A stretch of DNA of 58,429 nt, counting the filler, from Sphacelaria rigidula (Eukaryota): NCBI GenBank assembly GCA_964200075.2. It is 8 parts of 8 records of this genome, joined end to end, with 100 filler letters (N's around TTAATTAATTAA, not from the genome) between each part and the next. Parts side by side here need not be neighbours in the genome. Positions count along the whole stretch, not along the records: positions 36,582 to 43,797 come from CAXNAA020015924.1; positions 43,898 to 51,113 come from CAXNAA020015925.1; 6 more parts are not named here. One strand, given 5' to 3'. Positions within the stretch are counted from its first letter, which is position 1; each line of letters begins with the position of its first letter. Below, piece after piece: positions 37,176 through 48,583 of this stretch. The notes under the pieces are model-generated. The model was not told the DNA's origin. It worked only from the letters and a program-made list of their open reading frames with translations, and made no database searches. The position numbers and the translations under genes were made by a program.

Positions 37176-37465
37176 GCGGGGGGGGACGTACTCGTTTGTT
37201 GCTTGCCTTAGTCGTTTGACCATTGACCACGCATCCCTTTCGAAATGGAGCACCGTTCTTACTCCTAATAGAGACACTTTCAACATTCCGGCGGTCAATA
37301 CGTTTCTTCGATAGCTCACTAGGGTTTTTCCACACATTGCACAAAAACCTTTTATATGTCTCATCCCCGTCCTCTTTCGCCGTCTGGGCGCGGGGGGGTG
37401 TACTCATGATCATGCATGCCATAGTCATGAGACCATTGACCACGCATCTCTTTCGAGACGGAGTA
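37176..37465 (-). mobile_element. Tandem type B + type A LINE-like 3'-end repeats
   Basis: Minus-strand reading: ...CVVNGLMTMACMIMST-PP-RAQTAKEDGDETYKRFLCNVWK...IRSKNGAPFRKGCVVNGQTTKASNK, followed by GAGTACGTCCCCCCCGCCC. Confidence 0.78.
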
Positions 37466-37785
37466 CCGGAAAGAGACATTGTGTGTGTGTATGTGTGTGT
37501 GTGAAGACTACGTGTATTCCGGGCGGCAGGCGTATACATCATACCCTCTAGATATCATCCGCACCAGCGGTGACATTGCATCAAAGTAACGCCAGCACGC
37601 GTCAACTTCATTCACAGCACTGGGGTTTTTTGCCGAGATATAACTCGCAAAGTTGCGCAATTACCGGATTTCACAGCATAGACAAGGGTTCATTTATATT
37701 GCAGCACAGAGTCTTGAAAACGGTACAATGGATAGGACTTGGACCACGCGACTTGGACCGCGCTGTAGCGGGACCCCAACTGCAC

Positions 37786-40494
37786 CTTCGAACCGCGTCG
37801 ATGTTGAGGCGAAATTCTCCTTCCTCCACAGCAAGGGGAACTGGCTTCACTACGCCACCGGCCATCTTAATTTGCCCTAAGTACAAGTCGAAAAACGGCT
37901 CGAGCAAAACCACCTCGTCTCCTTGGGAGAGGATGGTCTGGAATGTCACGTAGAGGGCTTGCGATGCTCCGATAGTGATCGCCACCTTGATTAATCGATT
38001 GAAGGAGTGCAACATAACACGCAAAAAAAAAAACATGACCGACTGCGCAAGAAGCGTTTTTAGGTCAGGTACAAGGGTGTGTTGGGGTAGGGTATTTCTA
38101 ACATTTGGGTATTTTCAAAAATCCTATTGTAAAGTACCCCAGCATTGATGTCGTACTCAACAATACCCAGATAGATATTGGGGTAGAGTATTGCGATCGT
38201 CCCCAACTCTACCAAATAGTTGGGTAGAATTTGGAGATCGGGCAATCGTACCACAAAATTCGGGAGAGTAAATACCCGGGCATTTTATTTACCCTACGCA
38301 ACACACCCTTGGTTAGATGAAAATATCAATATTACGCCTGTGAAAGCAGAAAGATGTACACCATATCGCAACACGCAGTGACCTTCCCGTGTGGTATGCA
38401 TCACACTGGCGTCTTGCGAAGACAACACACGCAAAAAAAAAACAACGAAATAACGAAGCACGACGAGTACAACAACTACGTCAGTCCGACACTCAGGGGT
38501 TAAAAAAACAGCGAAACGCACACGCCCTGCAAGAGCATTAGCCTTTGGAAAATCAGACGGAGTTATTCTCGGGAATTGTGATTATCAACACAAAATGAAA
38601 GCGCCGTCTGCTCGTAGTACACGGCTTCATCATTTTTTCAACACACCGTCCACTATTTTCACGACCCCATGATGAACATTTCGACACGCTGTCTGCTATC
38701 GACATGAAATCCACCCCAACATTCAACACAATGCCCACACCATGCACGAAGCATCATTGCATCACATGACGGTAAAACACAGTGTCTGTCTATCAGTTAT
38801 TGTACGATTCCACCCCACGGCATGACACACAATGTCCGACCGCTTGCAACAACTCTTCGGGTGTACCTGTGAAAAAGGATCTATCTCCCTGTTGAAGTGC
38901 TTGGTGTATCGAGCAGCCAAAAGCTTACACAAGCGCGGGTGTCCCGCCGTCCGCGTGTACTGGTGAAAGCCGTTCGACAGGGACTCATGCGCCGCCTCCA
39001 CCACGAACTCTGGTGGTGGCCAATTCGGAAAACCCTGGATATACGGGGGTCATGCGTGAGAAACAAAGCAGCCGAGCCACAAAAAAAAACGATCAAGACT
39101 ACTGCAAGGCTGTACGATTTGCAGTTGTGTACGGTACAATACCTCATCGGTACCGTACAAACTGGCGGGGCAGCGGTCATACAAGTAGCAAGATCAAACG
39201 ATGTGTGGGTGGGTGGCTACTGTTGTTGTTGTTGCTGCTGCTGCTGTCTTCACATTAAACATTCGTTGCGACATCTGCGCAGTACTTCTATTTCAGTACC
39301 CGGCATGAGATGAGAATGCCAACCGTGATCACACGCTAACTACCCAAAATAAGGTACAAGTAAACATGTGTTATCTACATGGGACCCAGAAATATCAACA
39401 CAGACGCAATAAAATAAAAAAGAAAATGATAGTAAGGCCACTTCTCATGTACCAGAAATAAAGACTGTTGAAAAGCGCGTTTTGGCCCTTCTTCGTCATT
39501 TTTCGCCCGAAACGACGGCTAGGCCGATGTTGACACCTTGGAATGACTTGCTTTATTCGCCGATACCGTTCCAGGGCACCTTTGCGTTTTCCGTGGGTGA
39601 CAGTTCTGTTTTGACCAAACTTGCGTTTTCAATAACAAACGGTCGAGTTATCAAAAAAACAGGGGGAAAACTATTTTTTTTTCAATTAGTCGAACATTTG
39701 TTATTGAAAACGCAAGTTTGGTCAAAAACAGAACTCTCACCTACAGAAAACGCAAAGGTGCCCTGGAACAGTCTCAGCGAATAGAGCAAGTCATTCCAAG
39801 GTGTCAACATCCGCCCAGCCCTTTTCTCGGGCGAAAATCAACGGAGAAGGGCCGAAAATGCACTTTCCAACAAGATTTTTTTTAGTATATGAGAAGTGGC
39901 CTGACCCCAAAATATCCGGAGCCGCAATCGATCATTCGGACTAATGGAGATAGAGCCCAACGATGGGTAGCAAGGGAAGTTTGACAAGAGTCGACGCGGT
40001 GCGGGCATATTGGTCATGATCCAATCCGCGACACCTGAATGCCAGGCGTGTGCCGAAAGAGAAACGTGTTGATATCTTCGAAACTGACTCCGTCGAGGGG
40101 GGGGGACGGGGGTTGGTACTATTAGGTACTATCGTGGGAAAATCACAAAATCGAGTGAGCACAGCAGACACAAGCAGACACAACTATATGTCCGCGCATA
40201 ACCAGGCATAGTGTCTCAAGCCCGAAGGCAAAAGCAGCCAGCATTCTTCTTCCGAGCACCACCACATGCGCTGCCTGCTTCGAATCGGTGCCATACTATT
40301 GGAGCATGTTCATTTTTCATGCGCAAAACACATCACATGAACACGCGCACACACCTGCCCGAGGTTGATAGCCCCTGTTTCCGCGGCCAGCGCGCTAAAC
40401 TCGCTCCACACCGTAGGCCCTGCACTCGACGATCTGATCTCGCGCAAAGCTGGATTCTCCAGTTCCTCTGGGTCCATACCATGAGGTGGCTCGA
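37786..40494 (-). CDS. Class I/II PLP-dependent aminotransferase, kynurenine/glutamine-transaminase-like, partial; exons ~40494-40355, 39034-38867, 37985-37786
   Basis: Spliced product PTVWSEFSALAAETGAINLGQ|GFPNWPPPEFVVEAAHESLSNGFHQYTRTAGHPRL...IDPFSQ|VAITIGASQALYVTFQTILSQGDEVVLLEPFFDLY, with the typical NLGQGFP, QYTR and EPFFD motifs. Confidence 0.9.
39436..39901. mobile_element. 466-bp foldback MITE (arms ~225 bp), PIF/Harbinger-like termini; related partial copy at ~49905-50322
   Basis: GGCCACTTCTCAT...ATGAGAAGTGGCC with arms complementary over most of their length, flanked by TAA and TGA. It lies in an aminotransferase intron. Confidence 0.85.
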
Positions 40495-41599
40495 CTGCAA
40501 TCCAACAGAAAATTCGTCAACAATCAGTTGCAGCTTAGCTTCATGATCAAATGGTGTACGAGTCGGTTTCACTGAGAATCACAGAAATGGTTTACAAACG
40601 GTGCATGTGTATCATCGGACATGCGGCCATCACTTTGAAGGGATGTCGACGAACTTTGGGAGCTAATGGGGAAGGAAAATTCACTAATGCACTCATGTCC
40701 AGGCGGAAGCCATGTATCGATCAGTATACGGACGACAGGCATTTAATCGGAATGGAACATTTGCAAGCGCAGACACCCCACCTCCTTCGACCGAGGCTAG
40801 CAGCCTCTGTATGCTCAGAAACCTTCAGCACGAGCAAATCTCTGTGCACGCAACGTATCGTGCGCAACATGAGCTCAAAGGTAGCACTGCTGTAGCCAAC
40901 ACTACATACACTACTACACTGATTTCAGTACGTTTGCGGTGCTACAGTCGGTGTTCGCTGCCGGGAGACAACTGGACTATCTGCAGAGATGCTGGGCGTC
41001 GACCCGGATCACCGCACGTTTTAAGGTACTACATAGACTCCGGCCAAAACAAGCCTGGTTTGCGTGTAGCTGGGGCTCGCTGTGCGTGTCGCGGGGCTGC
41101 TCAAGACTGCAACGTAGGACCAATACTGTTTTCGCGATTCTTCCGATCGCGCTCCAAAATTCACGACGCCGTTTCATGTATGTGCCACCCGTCTCGGCCA
41201 AATACATACAACGTCCTCCGCTGCCCTGAGCTAGGAGTCAACACACAGCCAAACTGCGGCACGTGTTCCACAGTTCGACCAGGGTCTAGGAGTAGACCTT
41301 TTACAGACGCCGCTAGCCTCGATCAGAGGGGGGTTGTGCTCGGGTAGCAATAGGGTTTCCACTGTCGACATATGCTTCATGTCCTGCAGTATTGTGTGTT
41401 CTCCAGGCAGACAACTCCACCGCTGAAAATACAGCGTCTCTGCGCACACAACAGTCACGTTGGAAATCCTGACTTCCTAATGATACACAATATATTTCCT
41501 GCCGAAAATATCCCGACATGTTTTCAATTGAACGCTTCTTTGTTCCAGTAAGAGTTGGTCTCGGGCCTTGATTTGCGTAGTTTCATGATAAGTTTGATC

Positions 41600-42250
41600 A
41601 TAGGCCTGACCTCCAAATATGTCCCAAGACAAAGAACAGGCCAAATCGTGGCCGAAGTCAGGAAAGAGGACGGCACTACCGTCTACTCTGGGACACGGGA
41701 GACGAGTACGGAGGTCGACAGCCGCAATGCAAGATACGATTCACCGATCACTGGTGGTTCCTGAACCCTTGAAAGCGGAGATCATCGCATATTCACAGGA
41801 ATACCATCCATACACGGAAATAAACCAACAAGATTTCGCATTAGCTCATTTTGCGATTGGGCTGTACCCGATGGTCCGAACCCAACATTACACCTTGGAA
41901 CCATGGCGACGAGTAGCAGTTTGCTAATACGAGCACACTCCTACGATCCTTGTCGACTCGTCACCAGCTTCCAGCTTCTGAGGCACTCCGGTCTCCTCGT
42001 CTACAATCAAGCTTCACGGGAAGGTCTGCCCGAGCAGAATGGGAACGCCGCATCGAAGGGTACCTGCCAATACCATCCCCGAAACACTAACGTGACGAAA
42101 AATATCTATGACGAAAAAATCGACGGACATGTAAAAGTCGAAGCACCAAAGCTGCCCGAGCAACACACGTCGCTCTACACTTTCAATTGGCTGGGTAACG
42201 GTTTCATACCTCGAGCTCAAGCACTACCATCTTAACTGGCGGACCACAGA
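41600..42250 (+). mobile_element. Possible highly decayed gypsy integrase remnant
   Basis: SLVVPEPLKAEIIAYSQEYH resembles the LVVP..LR..IL...H integrase zinc-binding segment. No other motif is clear. Confidence 0.3.
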
Positions 42251-44094
42251 CACAACCATGGCGACGTGCGAGAAGCATGAGAGGAAGAGGTGTATATAAT
42301 ATGCATGTCGCACACGTGAGTCGGTTGCCGGTTCTACTGTAAATATAAGGCGTGTTTACGCGAGTTCATAGTTATATCACCATGGCGCATTCTGGAGTCA
42401 GGTCTATCTCCAGCATTAACCCGAACCCGAGGCAAACCGAGGACCCTCGGGTAGAAGGGATACTGGATACCCATGCGGTGCCCTAGCAGCGTGTACGCTG
42501 GCAGAGGTAAAGCCGGCGCCGCTTTCAGCAAAAATAAGTGGTGATAGTGGTGACAGCAGCATGGGAGTCGGGACTGTCAGAATTCTAATCATGTCAATCT
42601 GATCCATCTCATGGCCCAATACTAGATCCAAGTATGTTACAACCGTGATGTTTCGACGACGAACTCGAGAAAACTCTCCTGCTGGAAATCCATTCAGAGC
42701 CTTCGATGAGCGCATGCGCGACTGTCCATCTTTTTTCTCAGTCCCAATTTTCTTTGGATGTTTCCGCGTTATCCGCGTTTAGCGGTACGCACCATTTTTT
42801 ATTTGCTCCCCGTTCATACTTTGTTTGGCTTGGATTATATACTATTTGGTGGCGTCGGCCACTCCGGCGATGACGGTTGTGAGTGATAATCTCACACGCG
42901 GGATCATGACATCATGACTCGGGTGTATCAGTAGGCAAGCACTCACGTAACCGCACGCTCTCGACGTCGTTGATTTTCGGGGTAATGAATCAAAACTCAT
43001 GTATGCATCCGTTAACGGTAGGATATCACGGCCATCACGCACGTCATCACATCCATGGTGCCAGTACCCGGTGATCGCTATGGTTGCAGGCAGTCCTGTG
43101 AGTGAAAGGCAAAATCTGGTCAAAACCGTCTTTTTTTTGCTAATTGGGACGGGTCCTTTTTCGCCTTCCATCCCCCCTCGCCCTCGATGGTCTTATGACT
43201 ACGGCATGCAGAATCATGAGTGCACCCCCCTCCCCAAATTGTGATTACTCTTGTTTTTCGATGAAGCACAGACGAATATGCATAGGGGTGCGTCACTTGG
43301 GACATGCAAGGTCCATCGGGTATCTTTTATCTGGCATTTCTATGCGTTGCTTGTCGTTTTTACAAATGTTTATATCGACGTTGTGAAATGGTGGTGGTTC
43401 ATTTGGGCGCCGCCATGCGTCGTGATGCTGCGGCCTGCTTCGTTCTCACTTTTGCGCGCATACCCTCTCTTCGTGTCCGTTTTTCAAGTCGACGACTCTT
43501 GCCATGTTCACTGTGCGTGAACCATTCTCAGGGCTGGCTGGTATTGTAGCATGTACCCAGTAGAAGATGGTCAACTAGATCGGTTGGAGTGACAAATACA
43601 CGTGTCTCCTGACAACAAACCGACCGATACAGAATAAAATAAGGAACAAGCAAGATGCCCTGTCGAACCCTGCACTGGTAACGAAATCGAACGAAACGCA
43701 AAATATCCACCTTGTAAAGGCCGTGCCCTGGTCCGACTGTCGCCATTAGGGTGGAGAGAACGGGGGTTCGATTCTCGATGCGTTGGGTTTTTTCTTCNNN
43801 NNNNNNNNNNNNNNNNNNNNNNNNNNNNNNNNNNNNNNNNNTTAATTAATTAANNNNNNNNNNNNNNNNNNNNNNNNNNNNNNNNNNNNNNNNNNNNGAA
43901 GGTCAACACAGGAGCTTCTTCTTTTTTATTTGTTTTTAGTACCCGACCTTCCTTCTGCGGTGCTTGCCTTTATTTTTGATCGCGAGAGGGATTCAGCCGT
44001 CCCTTTCCCTCGTCGGATGCATGAGACGATGGGAGGACTACTACTGATCTACCGACAAAGTCCTTCCTTCATGTTCTAGCTACGCATGTTTACC

Positions 44095-45302
44095 GTACGT
44101 GAGATACCAACCCGTAGCTCATCAGCTCATATTCGTCCTGGGTGAGCTATGGGACCTGTATGAGCTGCGCAGGTTTGCGATAGGTGAGCTATGAGAGCTG
44201 CATGAGCTACGCATGTTTGCTCTGGATGAGCTTAAGAGCTGCATGAACAACACATGTTTGCCCTGGATGAGCTATGAGAGATGCATGAGCTACACATGTT
44301 TGCCCTGGATGAGCTAAAAGAGATGCATGAGCTACGAATACTTGCCCTGGATGAGTTATGAGAGCTACGATTGCCCATCCCCTTGACCGCGAGGGTAGGA
44401 GGTCTCTGAGTCGGCATCATTCACACCCGAAAAATCAAGGGAATTATGCTGATTTATCAGATCGCCAACCCTTGCGGTCAAAGGGCTAACCCCTTGACAG
44501 CGAGCATCAGTCATCTGTTTAATCGGCCCCAAGTTCACTTAAAAAAAGTATGCATAACCAGATGGACTCGTACCCTCGCGGCCAACCGACCAAAAGAAAT
44601 GAATCGGTCGATTATTGTAGACACTGAATACTAATACTTTCTTTAATCATCCGACCAAACGAACGAGGATGTGCTGGCTTCTTTTCTTATTATCGCGAAG
44701 AGTGAGGTAAAACATCACAACCTAATGATATGTGGCACCATCCGTTCGAACAAGAATGTTGCATCATAGGCGACACGGGCTTGGCCAGCGGCGAGCTAGG
44801 CATATGACGTGAGTGAGCCACGACCATGTGTCCCTTGGGTGAGCTACCGGGCGTAGCTCATCCGCTCATGTTTTCCCCGGGTGAGCTACAAAAACTGCGT
44901 GAGCTACACATGTTTGCCTTGGGTGAACTATCGAGCGTAGCTCATCTGTATATGTTTTCCCTGGGGTGAGCTGTGAGAGCTACATGAGCTGCACATGTTT
45001 GCGATAGGTGAGCTACCAACCCGTAGCTCATTATCCCAGATTCGTCCCGGGTGAGCTATGAGAGCTGCATGAGCTACGCATGTTTGCCCTGGGTGAGCTA
45101 CCAACCCATAGCTCATCAGCTCATATTCGCCCTGGGTGGGCTATGAGAGCTGCATGAGCTACACATGTTTTTCCTGGGTGAGCTACCAACTCGTAGCTTA
45201 TCAGCGCACGTTTGCTTTGTGTTGAGCTATCGGACGTAGCTCACATGTACATGTTTGACTACATATGAGTTACCGCCCGCAGATGAGCTAGCTCATGAGC
45301 TG
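44095..45302. repeat. AGCT-rich ~41-44-bp minisatellite with two unit types, split by an insertion (~44370-44810) carrying piggyBac-like MITEs
   Basis: Units GAGCTGCATGAGCTACRCATGTTTGCCCTGGRTGAGCTATGA and GAGCTACCAACCCGTAGCTCATCAGCTCATATTCG recur at 44095-44370 and 44810-45302. Confidence 0.85.
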
Positions 45303-47413
45303 TCCTGCGTGTGCAGAGTTGCATACTGAACTGTACTTCACAGACAAATTGATACATTTTGTTACGTTCAAATACTGTACTTACCCTGAATGTAAATCTC
45401 AAGATTTATCTCGTGTCATCAGGCACTGCTGCATGGGTGGACGCATGCTACAGCGAATCTCAGCGATTTCCTCAATTGCCGACTATCATCACGCACAGAA
45501 CAACCAGCAATTACTTTCACCCCACACATGCGCAAGTTTCCACTGGACGCGGTCGATATTGTATGGATTTACAGAGACGTAATGCGTGAATCCGATCGAT
45601 CGCGAACTCCGGCAGCGTGTGTGAAAAAAGCGGATGTACTCGTATGGTACACCAACGAGCGGCGAACGCATACTTGTTTTTAGAGCAGCCACAAGTGGAG
45701 AGCGCATGTATCATGTATTGGTCGGTAGATTTTCATTATCGGGGATGGGTTTACACTCGGTTTCGAGAAAGAAAAACTTCACAACTGTGCAACACAAGGG
45801 GAAACAGACCAGCGTGGGCAAAGGGGAGAAAGACATGGAACCATGACCTATGGGCACCCCGACGCAGGTTCATATCCTAGAGAGAGAGAGAGAGAGAGAG
45901 AGAGCGGATACGTTGTGCCCTTACGCACCATGAAGAAGACCTCGTACAAGGCATTACAATACTATTGGACTAGACTCGCATGTTTCTACAGAACAACACA
46001 AGTTTAGGGATCCTGACCGACACGAGGCGTGGCGAGTTAGCTCTCTACGCCCAATACTGTTGTGCGGTGTACCACGCCCGTGCAACACAACAGCTGCCCA
46101 TGCAACAAAAACAGCTGTTCCTGCAGCTGCTATCCTTGTGCCACAGACAGAGGCCTGCTGCCCACAATCTAGGATTGGGTGCGGTGTATCGCCGACGACC
46201 GGGTATCCGCTGTGTCCATGTTCTCGTTGACAACAGCAACAGCTTGTCTTTCACCGCACCTAACAGTACCGTGCTGCACCAACTGTACTACAGTCTACAG
46301 TACTGTGGTCTTGACATGAACGGTACTGTCGTCCTCGAACCGGCGTGCCGGTCGTATCGTGGGCAACTGGGAGGCCGGATGGAGGAAACGTCGCATCACC
46401 AGGCGCGTGTGAAGCAGGTCATGTTTGCTCAGGCTGCAGAGCAAAAGTTGCAGATTAGTACGCATGAAGGACGACGCGCGTGCTCCCTGCCGACACGGAC
46501 TAAAAGTGTCACCTCGTATTCTGGTTACAGAGAACTCTATCTGTAGCGATGAAAGATCGTGCCTATTACGATCACAGTACAGGACGCCACGGTACAGTAT
46601 AAATGACTGGGTTCATCGCCGTTTCGGTAAGATCTGTATTATGGATTTCGATCTGAGGACAAGACAAATCGCCGTGCAGCTTTCACGGTGCTTCTGAGCT
46701 CACAGAAACAAACGGTAGCGCACTGTGCACGTGTGTGCTCATGGAAACAGTAGGTGGTCCGTTTGCGCAGGGGTTGAGCCATGGGTGTGTTGTGTTGTGC
46801 TTGTGTCGAGTCCGAAATCTGAGGTCCTCTTTTACGGCATATCTAAAATCATGCGAGAATGAAAACGCCTTGCAAACCAGATGGTGTGTTCGGTACACAG
46901 GAAGTACAGAAGTCACTTCAGTACAGTATAGCAGCCAGTACAGCGTAGCACGAAGAAGCAATCAACAGTACAACAGTAGATGTTGAGCCCAGTACAGCAA
47001 TGAGTGTACTGTACGGTACTCTCCTCGATCGAAGTAGTCAGTATTATAGAAGTGACAGACCGGAAAAACGGTTTGAAAAACTGGAACAGCTACTCGTAGG
47101 ACACTGCTCCGCGCCACTCCATCTTACTTGGTGCTCCTTGCGTTGGTAGCTACTGGGGACACGATACACGGTAATCGATGACAAGGCGATGTACCTCTGC
47201 TAAAATCGATCCCGTGCAATTCCTCTACAGGATTTAATCCAATACACGCCGTGAAAGGTATCTATCTGTACTCTTTGTGCCGTCTGTTTTGCACACGGAC
47301 CCGAAACACGCACGCTACCCGTATGCACACACGCGCAGCGCACATACCCAAGTGATGGAAACATGAACACCTAGTAAAATACTCCAACAGCAACCGCTGC
47401 GATAACTGCTGAC

Positions 47414-47698
47414 CTGCTTCGCAAGCGACTTAGCCTCATCAAGGCTCAAGGGGTTCATCTTCCAATTGCCGGCGATGAAGGGTGTGCGCCCCCCCGCTGA
47501 CATGCAGACCACATTGCTCCCGTGTTGTTGCTGCTGCACCGCCGCCGCCTGTGCTCCCGTGTAATGCGGGCGGCCTGTTTCCCGCAAGCTGTGTGTCCTT
47601 GCCAAAGACGTCACGCTGCCGTGGAAAGCATTGGGTGCAACGAAGGCTTGGGCCGCAACAGCCCCTGATAGCAGTGCAAAAGTAGTCGAGTGCTTCAT
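47414..47698 (-). CDS. TPI: Plastid-targeted triosephosphate isomerase, first exon
   Basis: MKHSTTFALLSGAVAAQA-FVAP is a signal peptide plus ASAFAP-type motif. A transit peptide follows, then RTPFIAGNWKMNPLSLDEAKSLAKQ and a GT donor at 47413. Later exons were not found. Confidence 0.88.
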
Positions 47699-48436
47699 TG
47701 GTTGGCTATTCAAGAGTTGACGAGTGGGTCTTTGCTCAAGGTCTCTGGGCTGATGGATGCGTGTACAGGTTTGCCGTGAGGAGGGGATTCGGAACGCCAC
47801 GCGTATAAGAAACATCATAATATTTTCCAGGTAACTTTGGATAGTTTCTTGTCTTCATCTTGCGTTTTTTATGCACTTCGATTTGTGCGTATCTCCAGCG
47901 CGTACAATTTATGCACATCATATCTATGCTTTTGTTTCTCCACGTATTCAGCAACATTGTGATTTTTTCGTTGTCATCACGAGCTATCGTCTTCATGACC
48001 TAGGCTCTGCCCTGTGCGCGCCTGTAACATATCTTGTCCGTAACAACACCGAGGAGAATGCTCCTGTGTGGCGTTAGGTAAAGTTCGAGATTTGTTGATA
48101 AACACGTTTTTTGACGATGCATGCTGTTGCGTCCCGCAAAAATGGAGTTCAAAAAATTGTAACAGCGAGGGCAATGGCAGAGGCAACGGTACTGGTAGGT
48201 ATAGCGACAGGTATGATGGGAAGTGGTCTGAATGACCGCGAGTTTGGATTGCAACTGTGAACACAAATGTGATGGTTTAAAAATAAGGCATGAAGAACAT
48301 GCACCGAGAAGATGGCGCCGCCGTGCAGTTTTTCAAAACTACTGCACACACGCAAACCACGTACCCCTGGTACTACACACCTGAACGACGACGACCACGA
48401 CGACCACGGCTACAACAACAATAAACGGGAAAAATC

Positions 48437-48583
48437 ATGCAGCATGAGCGACCAGCGCGGCGCCTCATTGCATGGTGCCCCCTTTACTCCAACTACTTCG
48501 CGTACTCGTATGGTGAAGCGGGCGATGGCATTCATCTGTATCATATCGGACGTCCTTCTGTTGACACGGAGCCGGGTCTGCAG
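48437..48583 (+). CDS. Putative first exon of a WD40-type protein (resembles the N-terminus of GATOR2 subunit MIOS)
   Basis: MQHERPARRLIAWCPLYSNYFAYSYGEAGDGIHLYHIGRPSVDTEPGLQ|GTGGG is 49 codons with a phase-0 donor and is divergent from TPI. The similarity is by eye only. Confidence 0.3.

Noticed and set aside
43745..43797. tRNA gene (GGTTCGATTC B-box)
   Set aside because: No cloverleaf or A-box can be built, and the sequence is cut by the contig end. At most it is a SINE remnant.
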